Assembly (NCBI GenBank): GCA_045656865.1
Contig: JAZOSB010000026.1
Span: 9,949 to 73,948, forward strand
Reading direction: 5' to 3'
DNA from: Clostridia bacterium
GTDB taxonomy: Bacteria > Bacillota > Clostridia > UMGS1883
Length of the DNA: 64,000 nt
In this document: positions 1 through 9,713 of the stretch, piece by piece
Layout: the number at the start of each line of letters is the position of its first letter
How positions within the stretch are numbered: the stretch's first letter is position 1
Translations under genes and position numbers: made by a program
Notes under the pieces: generated by a model
Database searches by the model: none
What the model was told of the DNA's origin: nothing
Seen by the model: only the letters and a program-made list of their open reading frames with translations

Positions 1-2
1 AC

Positions 3-77
3 CTTATTTCCGCACTCATTCTTATCTGCGGTGGAATATTTATTCTTAATTACCAAAAACAAAAGAAAAATCAGTAA
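3..77 (+). CDS. 3' end of a gene entering from the left edge (hydrophobic helix plus basic tail)
   Basis: Frame 3 is open from the window edge: LISALILICGGIFILNYQKQKKNQ, stop TAA at 75-77, then a terminator hairpin. Frame 1 is also open, so the frame choice is tentative. Confidence 0.25.
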   Translation, partial: LISALILICGGIFILNYQKQKKNQ

Positions 78-80
78 GTA

Positions 81-109
81 AAAAAGTCACCCCGAGGGGT
101 GACTTTTTT
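81..109. terminator. Bidirectional rho-independent terminator
   Basis: GTCACCCC (86-93) pairs with GGGGTGAC (96-103). The stem is flanked by A5 (81-85) and T6 (104-109) and lies between two convergent gene ends. Confidence 0.8.
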
Positions 110-2606
110 AATACTCAAAACTGCATATTTCAATTTTTTCAAGACCGAATGGTTTAGCTTCTTCCTTACTGCTTCGGAGAAGATTGTAGGGGGTATTGTA
201 AATTGTAATTTCTGCAACTGCACCGCAGTCAAGGTTAAATACCTCGAGCATTGGGGTTTCACTGAAGAATGTGTACGACCGCTTGCCGATTTTTATACGG
301 CAGATGTCAAAATCACCGTGTACTGATAAGATGCAGTCGCCCAAATCCTTGTCAGGAAGCTTTGCCTGATAGGTAAGAGGACCGTAATAATATGCCATTC
401 CCGATTTAGTAATGTCATTTTCATATTCACTGAGTCTTATGAGCGAGCTTTCCGTTGCATCAAAATCACCGCACAGATATACAGGCTCAAAGGATGTAAT
501 GTTATATGAATAAAAATGCGAGGGTGTAAAGCTTGAAAAATCGGGGTTATAGTTATTCGATTTCTTATATCCCAGTGCAAGGGTGTTTCTGCCGTTTGAA
601 AGATACGGTGTTATGTTAACACCCATAAATCGGGGGTCCTTGTCCGAGGGGATAAACCCGACAAGCTTATTTCCGTTAAGCTCTGTATATTCAATGTTGT
701 CCGCATTTTCAACGAATGCCCTAACTTCACCTATATTTTCAAGGTCTGCTTCAAAGGGATACTTGACCTTAACTGTTTCACCGTCATTAAGAGAGTAAAA
801 TTCCTTATGCAGATTATCAATACTGTTCTCTCTAAAAGACCTTCTGCCAAAGCAGGCATTAACATTCTTAAGAGGGAGAATATTTTCCTCTGCCGAAGCA
901 AGGGCAAACGGCACCTCGCTTTTTACTGTATGAGGAGTAAACTCAATATCGTCGGTGTAGGGAGGTGCATTATCCTCGTTAAGCTCCGCGGAATATATCA
1001 GCATAGCCGTTTTTCCTGCTTTCAGAGTAAATACACACTTTCCGTCGTCGGAGGGGATTTTATAAAGCTCACCGTTCGAACTGTCTGCGGCAAAAAGCTT
1101 TTTGCCGTCAATATGTGCAGTAACGGTAGTATCTTCACCGAGTGAAGTAATAAATATATATTCGTCGTTTCCATTTGTCCTGCGGTTTATAATAATGTCT
1201 TTGTCCGTCTCTATTTTTACAGAATTTCTACTAAGAAGCTTTTCTGCGGAAAAATCAAAATCAGCCCTAATGATATTTCCGTCAAAACCGTCTATGGTTG
1301 CAGTGTCGGATATTATTGTTGTGTACTCATATTTTCCTGCCGTAACAGTGTTTTTACCTATCCTTGCAGCTTTCTCAAAAAAACTCTTTTCCATCATATG
1401 GAAAGGAACACCCGAAAGAAGAAGCTTCTTTGCAATGCCATTGAAAAGGATGTCTGAATCGGAATTGTATATAACAAGAATTTTCGTATCGGTTTTGGTG
1501 TTCGCCCCTGCAAAGCATTGCCTTGCAAGCCTGTCGGAGATAGTTTTTTCAGAAAACTTTGAAACCGTTGCTGTATGCTTTTCATACTTTCTTCTGTCGG
1601 AAAGGGAGAATGCTACACTATCATAAATAACTCCGCAGACACCGAAAGATGCCATAAATGAAGCAGAATTGTATCTTTTCGAGCAAGGTGCAAACGATGG
1701 GAGAAGAAGTCTTGCAAAAAACGGCTTTTCAAACTGCTCACAAATTGTCTGTGCAAGCTTGATTTCTGCAAAATCAGGATTTTCCGTGTCTACGCAGAGG
1801 GAGACTGAATCGGCTCTCATATACTGCATTTGCCGTGAAAAGCTTTTTTCACCGCCAATGCTTACAGAAAGGGAAAGCTCATTCTTCTTACATTCGTCTT
1901 TCAAAAATGCAGTGAAATTTTCACCTATACATTCGCTTACGGAATTTTTATAAGATTCTTTTTGTGTTGTGAGTAAGCTTTCCGATACATTTGCTCCTGC
2001 CTTTTTCAAGGCGGATTTTGAGTATGGCACGAAGCTTTCGGGAAAATCTATATTTGTGAGGAAGCCCTCAATCTCCACTCCGAGAAACCTTTTACATTCA
2101 CGGAAATATTTATTATACACAGCATCAACAAAGCACTCTGTAACAAATCTGTCCGTAATATCTGCAAACGGGAGTCTTCCCGAAGCACGTACCTTGCTTA
2201 CATCACGGAGTACAAGTACAAACTCTCCGCCTTCGGAAATTACCTCGTCAAACTTTTCTGTATCACTCTTTTTTACTTTCATAATGTCACGGCATCTGTA
2301 ATCACCCACACTTGTGATTTCTCCGCCGCCGTTTCCGCTTACAGGAGAATTTTCGTCGCATATAACAAGGGTGATTCCGTATTTTCCGCCTCTTCTTGCA
2401 GCGGTGCGGATAAGCTCAAAATAATCCGCTGACAAATAGGGGAGAACAAGTCCCTTTGACGGGCGTATGTAAATACGTGAAATCCCCATTTCGGAAAATT
2501 CCATCAGCCTTGTGTCAATTTCCTCCGCAGTAGGCTTTGCACACCAGTCCCATACCAGAGAGGGGCAATATTCTTTATATGTATTTTTAAATTCTCGAAT
2601 ATCCAT
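108..2606 (-). CDS. Uncharacterised glycoside-hydrolase-like protein (GH106-like N-terminal barrel plus C-terminal beta-sandwich)
   Basis: The ORF is 851 aa in the track. I place the start at ATG 2606 (MDIREFKNTY) because AGGAG lies at 2614-2618 on the coding strand. The N-terminal pattern LVWDWCAKPTAEEIDTRLMEFSEMGISRIYIRPSKGL..YLS..YF...VICDENSPVSG resembles the GH106 / glycosylhydrolase-like jelly-roll family as I remember it. No catalytic residues were verified. Confidence 0.4.
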   Translation of the reverse strand: MDIREFKNTYKEYCPSLVWDWCAKPTAEEIDTRLMEFSEMGISRIYIRPSKGLVLPYLSADYFELIRTAARRGGKYGITLVICDENSPVSGNGGGEITSVGDYRCRDIMKVKKSDTEKFDEVISEGGEFVLVLRDVSKVRASGRLPFADITDRFVTECFVDAVYNKYFRECKRFLGVEIEGFLTNIDFPESFVPYSKSALKKAGANVSESLLTTQKESYKNSVSECIGENFTAFLKDECKKNELSLSVSIGGEKSFSRQMQYMRADSVSLCVDTENPDFAEIKLAQTICEQFEKPFFARLLLPSFAPCSKRYNSASFMASFGVCGVIYDSVAFSLSDRRKYEKHTATVSKFSEKTISDRLARQCFAGANTKTDTKILVIYNSDSDILFNGIAKKLLLSGVPFHMMEKSFFEKAARIGKNTVTAGKYEYTTIISDTATIDGFDGNIIRADFDFSAEKLLSRNSVKIETDKDIIINRRTNGNDEYIFITSLGEDTTVTAHIDGKKLFAADSSNGELYKIPSDDGKCVFTLKAGKTAMLIYSAELNEDNAPPYTDDIEFTPHTVKSEVPFALASAEENILPLKNVNACFGRRSFRENSIDNLHKEFYSLNDGETVKVKYPFEADLENIGEVRAFVENADNIEYTELNGNKLVGFIPSDKDPRFMGVNITPYLSNGRNTLALGYKKSNNYNPDFSSFTPSHFYSYNITSFEPVYLCGDFDATESSLIRLSEYENDITKSGMAYYYGPLTYQAKLPDKDLGDCILSVHGDFDICRIKIGKRSYTFFSETPMLEVFNLDCGAVAEITIYNTPYNLLRSSKEEAKPFGLEKIEICSFEY

Positions 2607-2693
2607 AGCAATACTCCTAAATCTGATTAGTACCATTTTAACCGATAACCTTAAAAAGGTCAATATTTAAAGAAGATTTTCTTTTTATGCGTA

Positions 2694-2722
2694 TTGTTTT
2701 TGTTAAAATTTTGTAGTATAAT
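2694..2722 (+). promoter_or_regulatory. Putative sigma-A promoter of the aminotransferase operon
   Basis: TTGTTT (2694-2699), 17-nt spacer, TATAAT (2717-2722), about 40 nt upstream of the ATG at 2764. Confidence 0.4.
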
Positions 2723-2763
2723 AAATAATTAGTAGAATTACCTATGTTCAGGAGGATAATATT

Positions 2764-3957
2764 ATGGTATCAGAAAAAATGTATGAATTAGGAAGCCGCA
2801 GAAGCGAAATTCGAGAGCTTTTTGAATACGGACTTAAAAGAAAGGCAGAAATAGGTGCGGAAAACGTATTTGATTTCAGCCTCGGTAACCCCAGTGTTCC
2901 TGCACCCGATTGTGTAAAGGAAGCACTGGCAGATTTGGTTTTGAACACAGACCCCGTGGCACTTCACGGGTATACTTCCGCTCAGGGTGCTCCTGATGTC
3001 AGAAAAAGCTGTGCTGACTATGTAAACGCCAACTTCGGTACAAGCTACACCGCTGACAATTTCTATATGACAGTTGGTGCAGCGGCATCACTCACAATTT
3101 CACTTTCTGCTATTTCCGAGGATAAGGGGGAGGTAATCGTGCTTGCACCCTTTTTCCCGGAATATACTGTATTTATAAATCAGGCAGGAATGACTCCCAT
3201 TATTGTAAAATGCCGTGAAGAGGATTTTCAGATTGATTTTGATGCACTTAAAGCTGCCATCAATGAAAATACCAAGGCAGTAATTGTAAACTCACCCAAC
3301 AACCCCTCAGGTGTTGTTTTCTCAGAGGATACAATAAAAAAGCTTGCCTGTGTTCTTTCTGAAGCAGAAAAGACTTACGGAAAGGACATCTACATCATTG
3401 CAGATGAGCCTTACCGCGAGCTTGTTTATACAGACGGTGTAACTGTGCCTTTTGTACCCAACTACTATAACAATACAATCGTGTGCTATTCTTTCAGTAA
3501 GTCCCTTTCACTTCCCGGTGAAAGAATCGGTTACGTTCTTGTCCCCAATACTGCAAACGAATGGCAGAAAGTTTACTTTGCAGTATGCGGTGCAGGCCGT
3601 TCTCTCGGCTTTGTATGTGCACCAAGCCTTTTCCAGAAAATAGTTCCCAAATGTATTGGAAAAACTGCGGATATTTCAATATACAAGAAAAACCGTGACA
3701 TACTTTGTGATGCTCTTTCCAAATATGGCTACACAGTAGCACAGCCCGACGGTGCTTTCTATCTCTTTGTAAAAGCACTTGAAGAAAGCTCCCGTCATTT
3801 CTGCGAAAAGGCTAAAAAGTATGAACTTCTGATTGTTCCCGGTGACAGCTTCGGTTATCCCGGTTATGTAAGAATTTCTTACTGTGTATCAACCGAAATG
3901 ATTGAAAAATCACTTCCCTCCTTTGAAAAACTTGCGAAGGAATATAAATATAGATGA
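2764..3957 (+). CDS. Class I/II pyridoxal-phosphate aminotransferase (aspartate/alanine aminotransferase type)
   Basis: 397 aa. RBS CAGGAGG lies upstream. The PLP-lysine block is YSFSKSLSLPGERIGY, and NSPNNPSG and DEPYRE motifs are present. Confidence 0.85.
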   Translation: MVSEKMYELGSRRSEIRELFEYGLKRKAEIGAENVFDFSLGNPSVPAPDCVKEALADLVLNTDPVALHGYTSAQGAPDVRKSCADYVNANFGTSYTADNFYMTVGAAASLTISLSAISEDKGEVIVLAPFFPEYTVFINQAGMTPIIVKCREEDFQIDFDALKAAINENTKAVIVNSPNNPSGVVFSEDTIKKLACVLSEAEKTYGKDIYIIADEPYRELVYTDGVTVPFVPNYYNNTIVCYSFSKSLSLPGERIGYVLVPNTANEWQKVYFAVCGAGRSLGFVCAPSLFQKIVPKCIGKTADISIYKKNRDILCDALSKYGYTVAQPDGAFYLFVKALEESSRHFCEKAKKYELLIVPGDSFGYPGYVRISYCVSTEMIEKSLPSFEKLAKEYKYR

Positions 3958-4793
3958 AGCCTTTAAAAACAAAAAAAGCCTTTGCGATTATACTTTCACT
4001 CTTTTTCACGGTGCTGTATTTCCGTCATATAAAAAACGCAAATGAAGCTTTTTATCAGGTGAATTACCCAAAAGAGGACATATCGGAGATTTTGTCAAAG
4101 GATTCCTTGATAGAGGAGGATTATACGCTCCTTTTTAAACAAACAGGACTTTCTCCCTACGTATCGGCAAAGCTGATTGAAAATGGAAGAGAAGACCTCC
4201 TTTTAAAAATGAATGAGCTATATCTGAATAATCCTGAGATAAAAACGGATTTTGTTGCATTTCCCGTGACCGCAAGTGAGAGGAACTTAAATCAGATTAC
4301 CCCTCTTGCCGACCTTAAAAAAGGTGATATATTAGTTACATTCAACACACATACTCTTGACTGGAGGCACGGACATTGCGGAATGGTTCTTGATGAAGAG
4401 AAAGGTATTCTTCTGGAGCATATGTCAATCGGCAATCCATCTTGCCTTACTTATGCAAAAAACTGGGGAGAATACCCAAGCTTTGTTGTGCTCAGGTATC
4501 CTGATGAGAGTGTTTCTGAAAAAGCGGCAGAGTATGCAAAAGAGCATCTTTTGGGAATTGATTATAACATTCTTGCAGGTGTATTAAAAAAGGATAAATC
4601 AGACGAAGAAGTTCCTGAAAGCTCTCATTGCTCCCATATAGTCTGGCAGGCATACAAAGCGGCAGGCGTAGATATTGACCCGAACGGGGGTATCTTCGTA
4701 ACACCACTCAATATAGCGATGTCCGATAAACTGAAGGTAGTACAATTATACGGACTGAATCCCGAAAAATATAAGAACAGATTAGCCAGGTAG
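3954..4793 (+). CDS. Membrane-anchored putative permuted papain-fold (NlpC/P60 superfamily, YiiX/C92-like) hydrolase
   Basis: 279 aa with an ATGA overlap onto the aminotransferase stop. It has an N-terminal TM helix (AFAIILSLFFTVLYF). A His block (WRHGHCGMVLDE) precedes a Cys block (SHCSHIVWQAYKAAGVDID), as in permuted NlpC/P60 enzymes. Family assignment is from memory. Confidence 0.45.
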   Translation: MKPLKTKKAFAIILSLFFTVLYFRHIKNANEAFYQVNYPKEDISEILSKDSLIEEDYTLLFKQTGLSPYVSAKLIENGREDLLLKMNELYLNNPEIKTDFVAFPVTASERNLNQITPLADLKKGDILVTFNTHTLDWRHGHCGMVLDEEKGILLEHMSIGNPSCLTYAKNWGEYPSFVVLRYPDESVSEKAAEYAKEHLLGIDYNILAGVLKKDKSDEEVPESSHCSHIVWQAYKAAGVDIDPNGGIFVTPLNIAMSDKLKVVQLYGLNPEKYKNRLAR

Positions 4794-4844
4794 AGAAGTA
4801 ATACCGTGAAATGTTTTTCATATAATTCTATAGGAGGGATTGTT

Positions 4845-6818
4845 GTGATTGCCGAAAAAGAAAATAAATATATGAACGAGCTTGCAAAGTCATACCCTGA
4901 CAGAAGCAGTGCTTTAAGCGAAATTATTAATCTGAATGCTATTTTAAACCTGCCTAAAGGCACTGAGCATTTTATGAGTGATCTTCACGGGGAGCATGAG
5001 GCCTTTTCACATATCAGAAGAAATGCATCAGGTGTAATAAGGCGAAAGGTAGATGTGCTTTTTAAAAAGACCCTTACTCCAAACGAGCGTGCGGAGTTAT
5101 CTACTCTCATATATTATCCCGAAGAGAAGCTTGATTCCAATTTGCTTGTTAATGAAGAAAAAGATAACTGGTACAAGGTTACCCTTAAAAGGCTTCTAGA
5201 GGTTTGTAGGTTTATTAGCAGTAAGTATACCCGTTCCAAGGTGCGTAAGCATCTGAAGCGTACAGCAAAGGGTTATGACTATATTATAGACGAGCTTTTA
5301 AATAATGACTATGACGCTGCAAACAAGGGTCATTATTACGATAATATCTTAAATACGATTATAAGTGTCGGTTCTGCAGAAAAATTTATTATAGCTTTGT
5401 GTTCTGCCATAAAGAGTATGGTTATAGACCATCTCCATATAGTGGGGGATATTTTTGACAGAGGACCCCGTGCAGATTTAATAATGGAGCAGCTTATGAA
5501 AGAAAATTCCATAGATATTCAATGGGGAAACCATGATGCATTGTGGATGGGTGCTGCTGCAGGCTCGAGGGTATGTATTGCAACTGTGCTTAATAATTCC
5601 ATTACATACAAGAATCTTGATGTTGTAGAAATAGGCTATGGAATCTCATTACGCCCGTTAGCATTGTTTGCCAATGACGTATATGCAAAATCAGATGTTT
5701 CCAATTATATGCCAAAGGGTAATTCAGACGGTGATGCATTCATAAATGATGATGACAGACTGGTTGCCCGTATGCATAAAGCCATAAGCATTATTCAGTT
5801 TAAGTTGGAGGGGCAGACAATTCTCAGAAATCCCGACTTTGGAATGGAACACAGACTTCTTCTGGATAAAATTAACTGGGATAACGGCACAGTAAATATA
5901 AGTGGAAGAGAGTATCCGTTAAAGGAAAAAGATTTCCCAACCATTGACAAGGATAATCCATATGAGCTTACTGACGGAGAAAAGGAGCTTATGCAGTATT
6001 TAAAAAGTGCTTTTATGAGGTCACAGAAATTGCAGAATCATATAAAGTTCCTTTTTGAAAAAGGTGAAATATACACAATTTTTAATAAGAATCTGTTGTT
6101 TCACGGGTGTATTCCTCTTAACGAGGACGGTAGCTTTATGAACTTTCCCATAGCAGGGGGAATGTCGGGAAGAGCATTTATGGATTTTTGCGACCGTACG
6201 GCACGGAAAGGATTTTTTTCACGAGAGGGAAGCGGCACAAAACAGTTCGGCAAGGATTTTCTTTGGTTTTTATGGTGTGGTAAGGATTCACCCCTTTGTG
6301 CAAGGAAGAAAATAGCCACTTTTGAACGGCTTTTGATAGAAGCACCCGAAACCTGGGGAGAGCCTAAAAATGCGTATTATCAATGCTGGAATGATGAAAG
6401 TATAGTCCAGAAAATATTGGAGGAGTTTTCTCTTGGGGGAAAGCATTCGCATATCATAAACGGACACGTTCCCGTTCAGTATAAGAAAGGGGAGGACCCG
6501 ATAAAAGCAAACGGAAAGCTGATTCTTATTGACGGAGGCTTCTGTCGTGCATATCAGCAGACTACGGGAATTGCAGGATATACTCTTATCTACAATGCTG
6601 ACGGTATGAGAATTTCTGCACATGAGCCGTTCCGCGGTGTGCAAAATGCGATAAATAATAACGCGGATATTTTGTCGGAAACTGTTATTTTTGAACAGGC
6701 TACGGATAAAATAAGGGTAAAAAATACTGATATAGGTGCTTCAATCAGTGAAAAGATTGAGGATTTAACAAAATTGGTTGAATGCTATGAAACAGGAAGC
6801 ATAAAAGAAAGAATATAA
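4845..6818 (+). CDS. fbp: Fructose-1,6-bisphosphatase, class 3
   Basis: Motifs IINLNAILNLPKGTEHFMSDLHGEHEAF, HIVGDIFDRGP and WGNHD, and the ~650 aa length, are typical of Firmicutes class-3 FBPase. The start is set at GTG 4845, 6 nt after AGGAGG (4833-4838). ATG 4872 is the alternative. Confidence 0.9.
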   Translation: MIAEKENKYMNELAKSYPDRSSALSEIINLNAILNLPKGTEHFMSDLHGEHEAFSHIRRNASGVIRRKVDVLFKKTLTPNERAELSTLIYYPEEKLDSNLLVNEEKDNWYKVTLKRLLEVCRFISSKYTRSKVRKHLKRTAKGYDYIIDELLNNDYDAANKGHYYDNILNTIISVGSAEKFIIALCSAIKSMVIDHLHIVGDIFDRGPRADLIMEQLMKENSIDIQWGNHDALWMGAAAGSRVCIATVLNNSITYKNLDVVEIGYGISLRPLALFANDVYAKSDVSNYMPKGNSDGDAFINDDDRLVARMHKAISIIQFKLEGQTILRNPDFGMEHRLLLDKINWDNGTVNISGREYPLKEKDFPTIDKDNPYELTDGEKELMQYLKSAFMRSQKLQNHIKFLFEKGEIYTIFNKNLLFHGCIPLNEDGSFMNFPIAGGMSGRAFMDFCDRTARKGFFSREGSGTKQFGKDFLWFLWCGKDSPLCARKKIATFERLLIEAPETWGEPKNAYYQCWNDESIVQKILEEFSLGGKHSHIINGHVPVQYKKGEDPIKANGKLILIDGGFCRAYQQTTGIAGYTLIYNADGMRISAHEPFRGVQNAINNNADILSETVIFEQATDKIRVKNTDIGASISEKIEDLTKLVECYETGSIKERI

Positions 6819-6821
6819 TAG

Positions 6822-6866
6822 AAAAAAGATGGCGTAAAAAACTAAGTTTTTTACGCCATCTTTTTT
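6822..6866. terminator. Bidirectional rho-independent terminator (fbp / ZIP transporter)
   Basis: AAAAAGATGGCGTAAAAAAC pairs with GTTTTTTACGCCATCTTTTTT, with A- and T-runs on both sides, between convergent genes. Confidence 0.85.
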
Positions 6867-7670
6867 CTATCCCAGCATAACATCAAGAAGCATCATAACA
6901 GCAAAGCCCGATATAATTCCCATTGTAGAAAAATACGGATGATTTTTCTTGTTTTTCTGACATTCGGGAATCAGCTCATGTACGGCAACAAGAATCATTG
7001 CTCCTGCAGCAAAAGAAAGGGCATAGGGAAGAATCTTTTCTACGTAAACCACCAATAATGCACCTATAACTCCTGCTACAGGCTCAACCATTCCCGATGC
7101 CTGACCGTAGAGAAAGCTTTTTCTCCTTGAATATCCTTCTCGTCTTAAAGGAAGCGAAACAGCAGCTCCCTCGGGGAAATTCTGCAGGCCTATACCAATG
7201 GCAATGGTTACTGCACCCATAATGCTTTCGGGAGAAAACCCCGTGTTTTTTAATGCCCCGAAGGCAACTCCTACCGCAAGCCCCTCTGGAATATTGTGCA
7301 GGGTAATAGATAATATCAGCATAATAATACGGTTAAGCTTTTCGCTTGATTTACCGTAAGTGCTGTCTGCACGTTTCCTTGTAAAGGAAACTGCCTTGTC
7401 GGATACCCACATAAAAAATGCACCGAATAAAAACCCGGTTGTAGCAACGAAATATGACGGGGGGAAGGGAACTTTTTCAGCCATTTCAATTGCAGGCTGC
7501 AGAAGTGACCAGAATGAAGCTGCTATCATAACGCCTGATGCAAAGCCAAGCATAAAATTCATAATTTTCAGATTGGGAGATTTAAAAAAAGCAACCGTTG
7601 CCGCACCGAGAGCTGTCAAAAACCATGTTCCAAGTGTTGCAACGAGTGCCAATAAGACATAACTGTTCAT
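6867..7670 (-). CDS. ZIP family divalent-metal (zinc) transporter
   Basis: 267 aa polytopic protein with HNIPEGLAVG and QNFPEGAAV signature helices (ZupT-like). RBS GGAGGTG lies upstream. Confidence 0.85.
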   Translation of the reverse strand: MNSYVLLALVATLGTWFLTALGAATVAFFKSPNLKIMNFMLGFASGVMIAASFWSLLQPAIEMAEKVPFPPSYFVATTGFLFGAFFMWVSDKAVSFTRKRADSTYGKSSEKLNRIIMLILSITLHNIPEGLAVGVAFGALKNTGFSPESIMGAVTIAIGIGLQNFPEGAAVSLPLRREGYSRRKSFLYGQASGMVEPVAGVIGALLVVYVEKILPYALSFAAGAMILVAVHELIPECQKNKKNHPYFSTMGIISGFAVMMLLDVMLG

Positions 7671-7755
7671 ACAGCACCTCCAATATTCAGTTTATTTAAC
7701 AAAAATTTTTTTGTGAAAAAATGTAAATATTATGCAGAAATAGGGGGTAAATTTG

Positions 7756-7784
7756 TTGACTTTTGGGTGCTTTTATGCTACAAT
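7756..7784 (+). promoter_or_regulatory. Sigma-A promoter of xpt
   Basis: TTGACT (7756-7761), 17-nt spacer, TACAAT (7779-7784), with TG at 7776-7777 (extended -10). Confidence 0.6.
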
Positions 7785-7828
7785 TCTTTTAAAATTATAT
7801 CCACTTTGTTTTCGGAGAGTGTACACTA

Positions 7829-8401
7829 ATGATAGCGTTGGAAGAAAAAATATTAAAAGAGGGTACGGTTTTACCCGGTGACATACTTAAAGTGGACTGT
7901 TTTCTTAACCATCGTATAGATGTCCCATTCATTATGGAGATGGGCAAGGAAATAGCTCGTCTTTACGAAAATCAGCAGGTTAATAAGATTTTAACCATTG
8001 AAACCTCGGGGATTCCCATAGCATTTGCCGCTGCACAGTTTATGAATGTGCCCGTGGTTTTTGTTAAAAAGGACAAGTCCGGAAATATTTCCGACAAGGT
8101 TTACTCTTCAAGGGTAACCTCTTATACCAAGAAAAATGTGTATGATGCCGTTGTAAGCAAGGAGTTTCTTGATGACAATGACAGCGTTTTGGTTATAGAT
8201 GATTTCCTTGCAAAGGGAAATGCACTTAACGGACTTATTGATATAATAAATCAGGCAGGTGCAAAGCTCATCGGTTGTGCCATCGCAATTGAAAAGGGCT
8301 TTCAGGGCGGCGGTGATGAGTTAAGGGAGAAGGGTGTTCGTGTAGATTCCCTGGCAATTGTGGAATCTATGACCGACAGCTCCTTAATATTCCGCAAATA
8401 A
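7829..8401 (+). CDS. xpt: Xanthine phosphoribosyltransferase
   Basis: 190 aa. It is colinear with B. subtilis Xpt (LKVDCFLNHRID, ILTIETSGIPIA, VLVIDDFLAKGNA PRPP loop, IAIEKGFQGG). Confidence 0.9.
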   Translation: MIALEEKILKEGTVLPGDILKVDCFLNHRIDVPFIMEMGKEIARLYENQQVNKILTIETSGIPIAFAAAQFMNVPVVFVKKDKSGNISDKVYSSRVTSYTKKNVYDAVVSKEFLDDNDSVLVIDDFLAKGNALNGLIDIINQAGAKLIGCAIAIEKGFQGGGDELREKGVRVDSLAIVESMTDSSLIFRK

Positions 8402-8461
8402 CTATGATATGTAAAGAAACTTTACATAAAATTTTTGCCTAAAAGGCAGGGAGGGTTAAAA

Positions 8462-9673
8462 ATGAAAAAGATTTTTTCATTTCTTCTCGTTACTGTAATG
8501 ATTGTTGCATCCTTGGGTGTATTCACATCATGCGGTAACGAAAACGAAACTGCAGCAAGCGATTTCAAGATTGGTTTCATCTTCTTGCATGATGAAAACT
8601 CAACCTACGACAAGAACTTCCTTGATGCAGCAGAAGCGGCAACAGCAGAACTCGGTCTTAAGCCTGAGCAGGTTATTTTCAAGACAAATGTTCCTGAGGG
8701 TAACGAGTGCTATGAGGCAGCAGCAGACCTTGCTGACCAGGGTTGTAATGTAGTATTTGCAAACAGCTTTGGACATGAGCCTTATATTTTGAAGGCTGCA
8801 AAGGAATTCCCCGAAGTTGAATTCTGCCATGCTACAGGCACAACAGCACATACAGAAAATGTTCCTAACTTCCACAACGCATTTGCTTCCATTTACGAAG
8901 GCAGATATCTTGCAGGTATCGCTGCAGGTATGAAGCTTAACGAGATGATTGAAAGCGGAAAAATCACAGCAGACCAGGCTAAGATGGGTTATGTAGGTGC
9001 TTATACATATGCAGAAGTTGTATCCGGTTACACTTCTTTCTATCTTGGTGCTAAGTCCGTTTGCCCCAGCGTTACTATGGAAGTACAGTTCACAGGCAGC
9101 TGGTATGACGAAGCTCTTGAAAAGGAAGCTGCAACAAAGCTTCTCGGAAACAATTGCGTACTTATCAGCCAGCACGCAGATTCAATGGGTGCTCCCACAG
9201 CTTGTGAGAATGCAGGCGTTCCCAATGTTTCCTACAACGGAAGCACGCAGTCTGCTTGCCCCAACACATTCATTGTTTCTTCCAGAATTGACTGGGCTCC
9301 CTACTTCAAGTATATCATCAATGCAGCTATGAACGATGAAGAAATCGCTCTTGACTGGTGTGAAGGCTTTGAAGCAGGCTCTGTAAAGCTTACAGACATA
9401 AATGAGAACGTAGCAGCTCCCGGAACAAAGGAAGCTATGGAAGCTGCTAAGGCAAAGCTTATCGCAGGCGAAATCCAGGTATTTGATACAGATGCATTCA
9501 CAGTAGAGGGCAAGAAGCTTGATTCTTACCTTGCAGATGTTGATACAGATGCTAACTACGAAAAGGATACAGAAGTTATCGCTGACGGTTACTTCCACGA
9601 ATCAGAATTCCGCAGTGCTCCTTACTTCGATATTCAGATTGACGGTATTACTTTGCTTAACAGCATGTTTTAA
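8462..9673 (+). CDS. BMP-family ABC transporter substrate-binding lipoprotein (nucleoside-type)
   Basis: Start is at ATG 8462 after GGGAGGG. The signal peptide plus Cys is MKKIFSFLLVTVMIVASLGVFTSC. The body resembles basic membrane protein / PnrA-type binding proteins, followed by a matching ATPase and two permeases. Confidence 0.8.
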   Translation: MKKIFSFLLVTVMIVASLGVFTSCGNENETAASDFKIGFIFLHDENSTYDKNFLDAAEAATAELGLKPEQVIFKTNVPEGNECYEAAADLADQGCNVVFANSFGHEPYILKAAKEFPEVEFCHATGTTAHTENVPNFHNAFASIYEGRYLAGIAAGMKLNEMIESGKITADQAKMGYVGAYTYAEVVSGYTSFYLGAKSVCPSVTMEVQFTGSWYDEALEKEAATKLLGNNCVLISQHADSMGAPTACENAGVPNVSYNGSTQSACPNTFIVSSRIDWAPYFKYIINAAMNDEEIALDWCEGFEAGSVKLTDINENVAAPGTKEAMEAAKAKLIAGEIQVFDTDAFTVEGKKLDSYLADVDTDANYEKDTEVIADGYFHESEFRSAPYFDIQIDGITLLNSMF

Positions 9674-9683
9674 TTAAGCTTTG

Positions 9684-9713
9684 ATATAGGGCGGGGAAAA
9701 CTCCGCCCTATAT
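9684..9713 (+). terminator. Intra-operon hairpin (partial terminator/attenuator) after the binding-protein gene
   Basis: ATATAGGGCGG (9684-9694) pairs with CCGCCCTATAT (9703-9713). The U-tract is weak. This is the typical position for uncoupling SBP expression from ABC membrane components. Confidence 0.5.

Noticed and set aside
7699-7714. AT palindrome ACAAAAA-TT-TTTTTGT upstream of the ZIP transporter gene as a Zur/AdcR box
   Set aside because: It is pure A/T symmetry in an A/T-rich spacer and does not match the Zur (TCGTAAT-N-ATTACGA) or AdcR (TTAACnnGTTAA) consensus I know. It is too weak to call.
7671-7828. Guanine/purine riboswitch upstream of xpt
   Set aside because: The leader after the predicted promoter is only about 40 nt. 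The conserved aptamer junction sequences are not visible. This is reported as an absence, not a feature.
8600-9175. Antisense ORFs inside well-supported genes: 8600..9175, 18849..19469, 19584..20273, 21509..22159, 23617..24174, 30393..30900, 37844..38440, 42903..43427 and 45700..46299
   Set aside because: Each is fully nested opposite a gene with clear family motifs. Each lacks an RBS and shows the Cys/Phe/Leu-rich mirror composition typical of non-coding frames.
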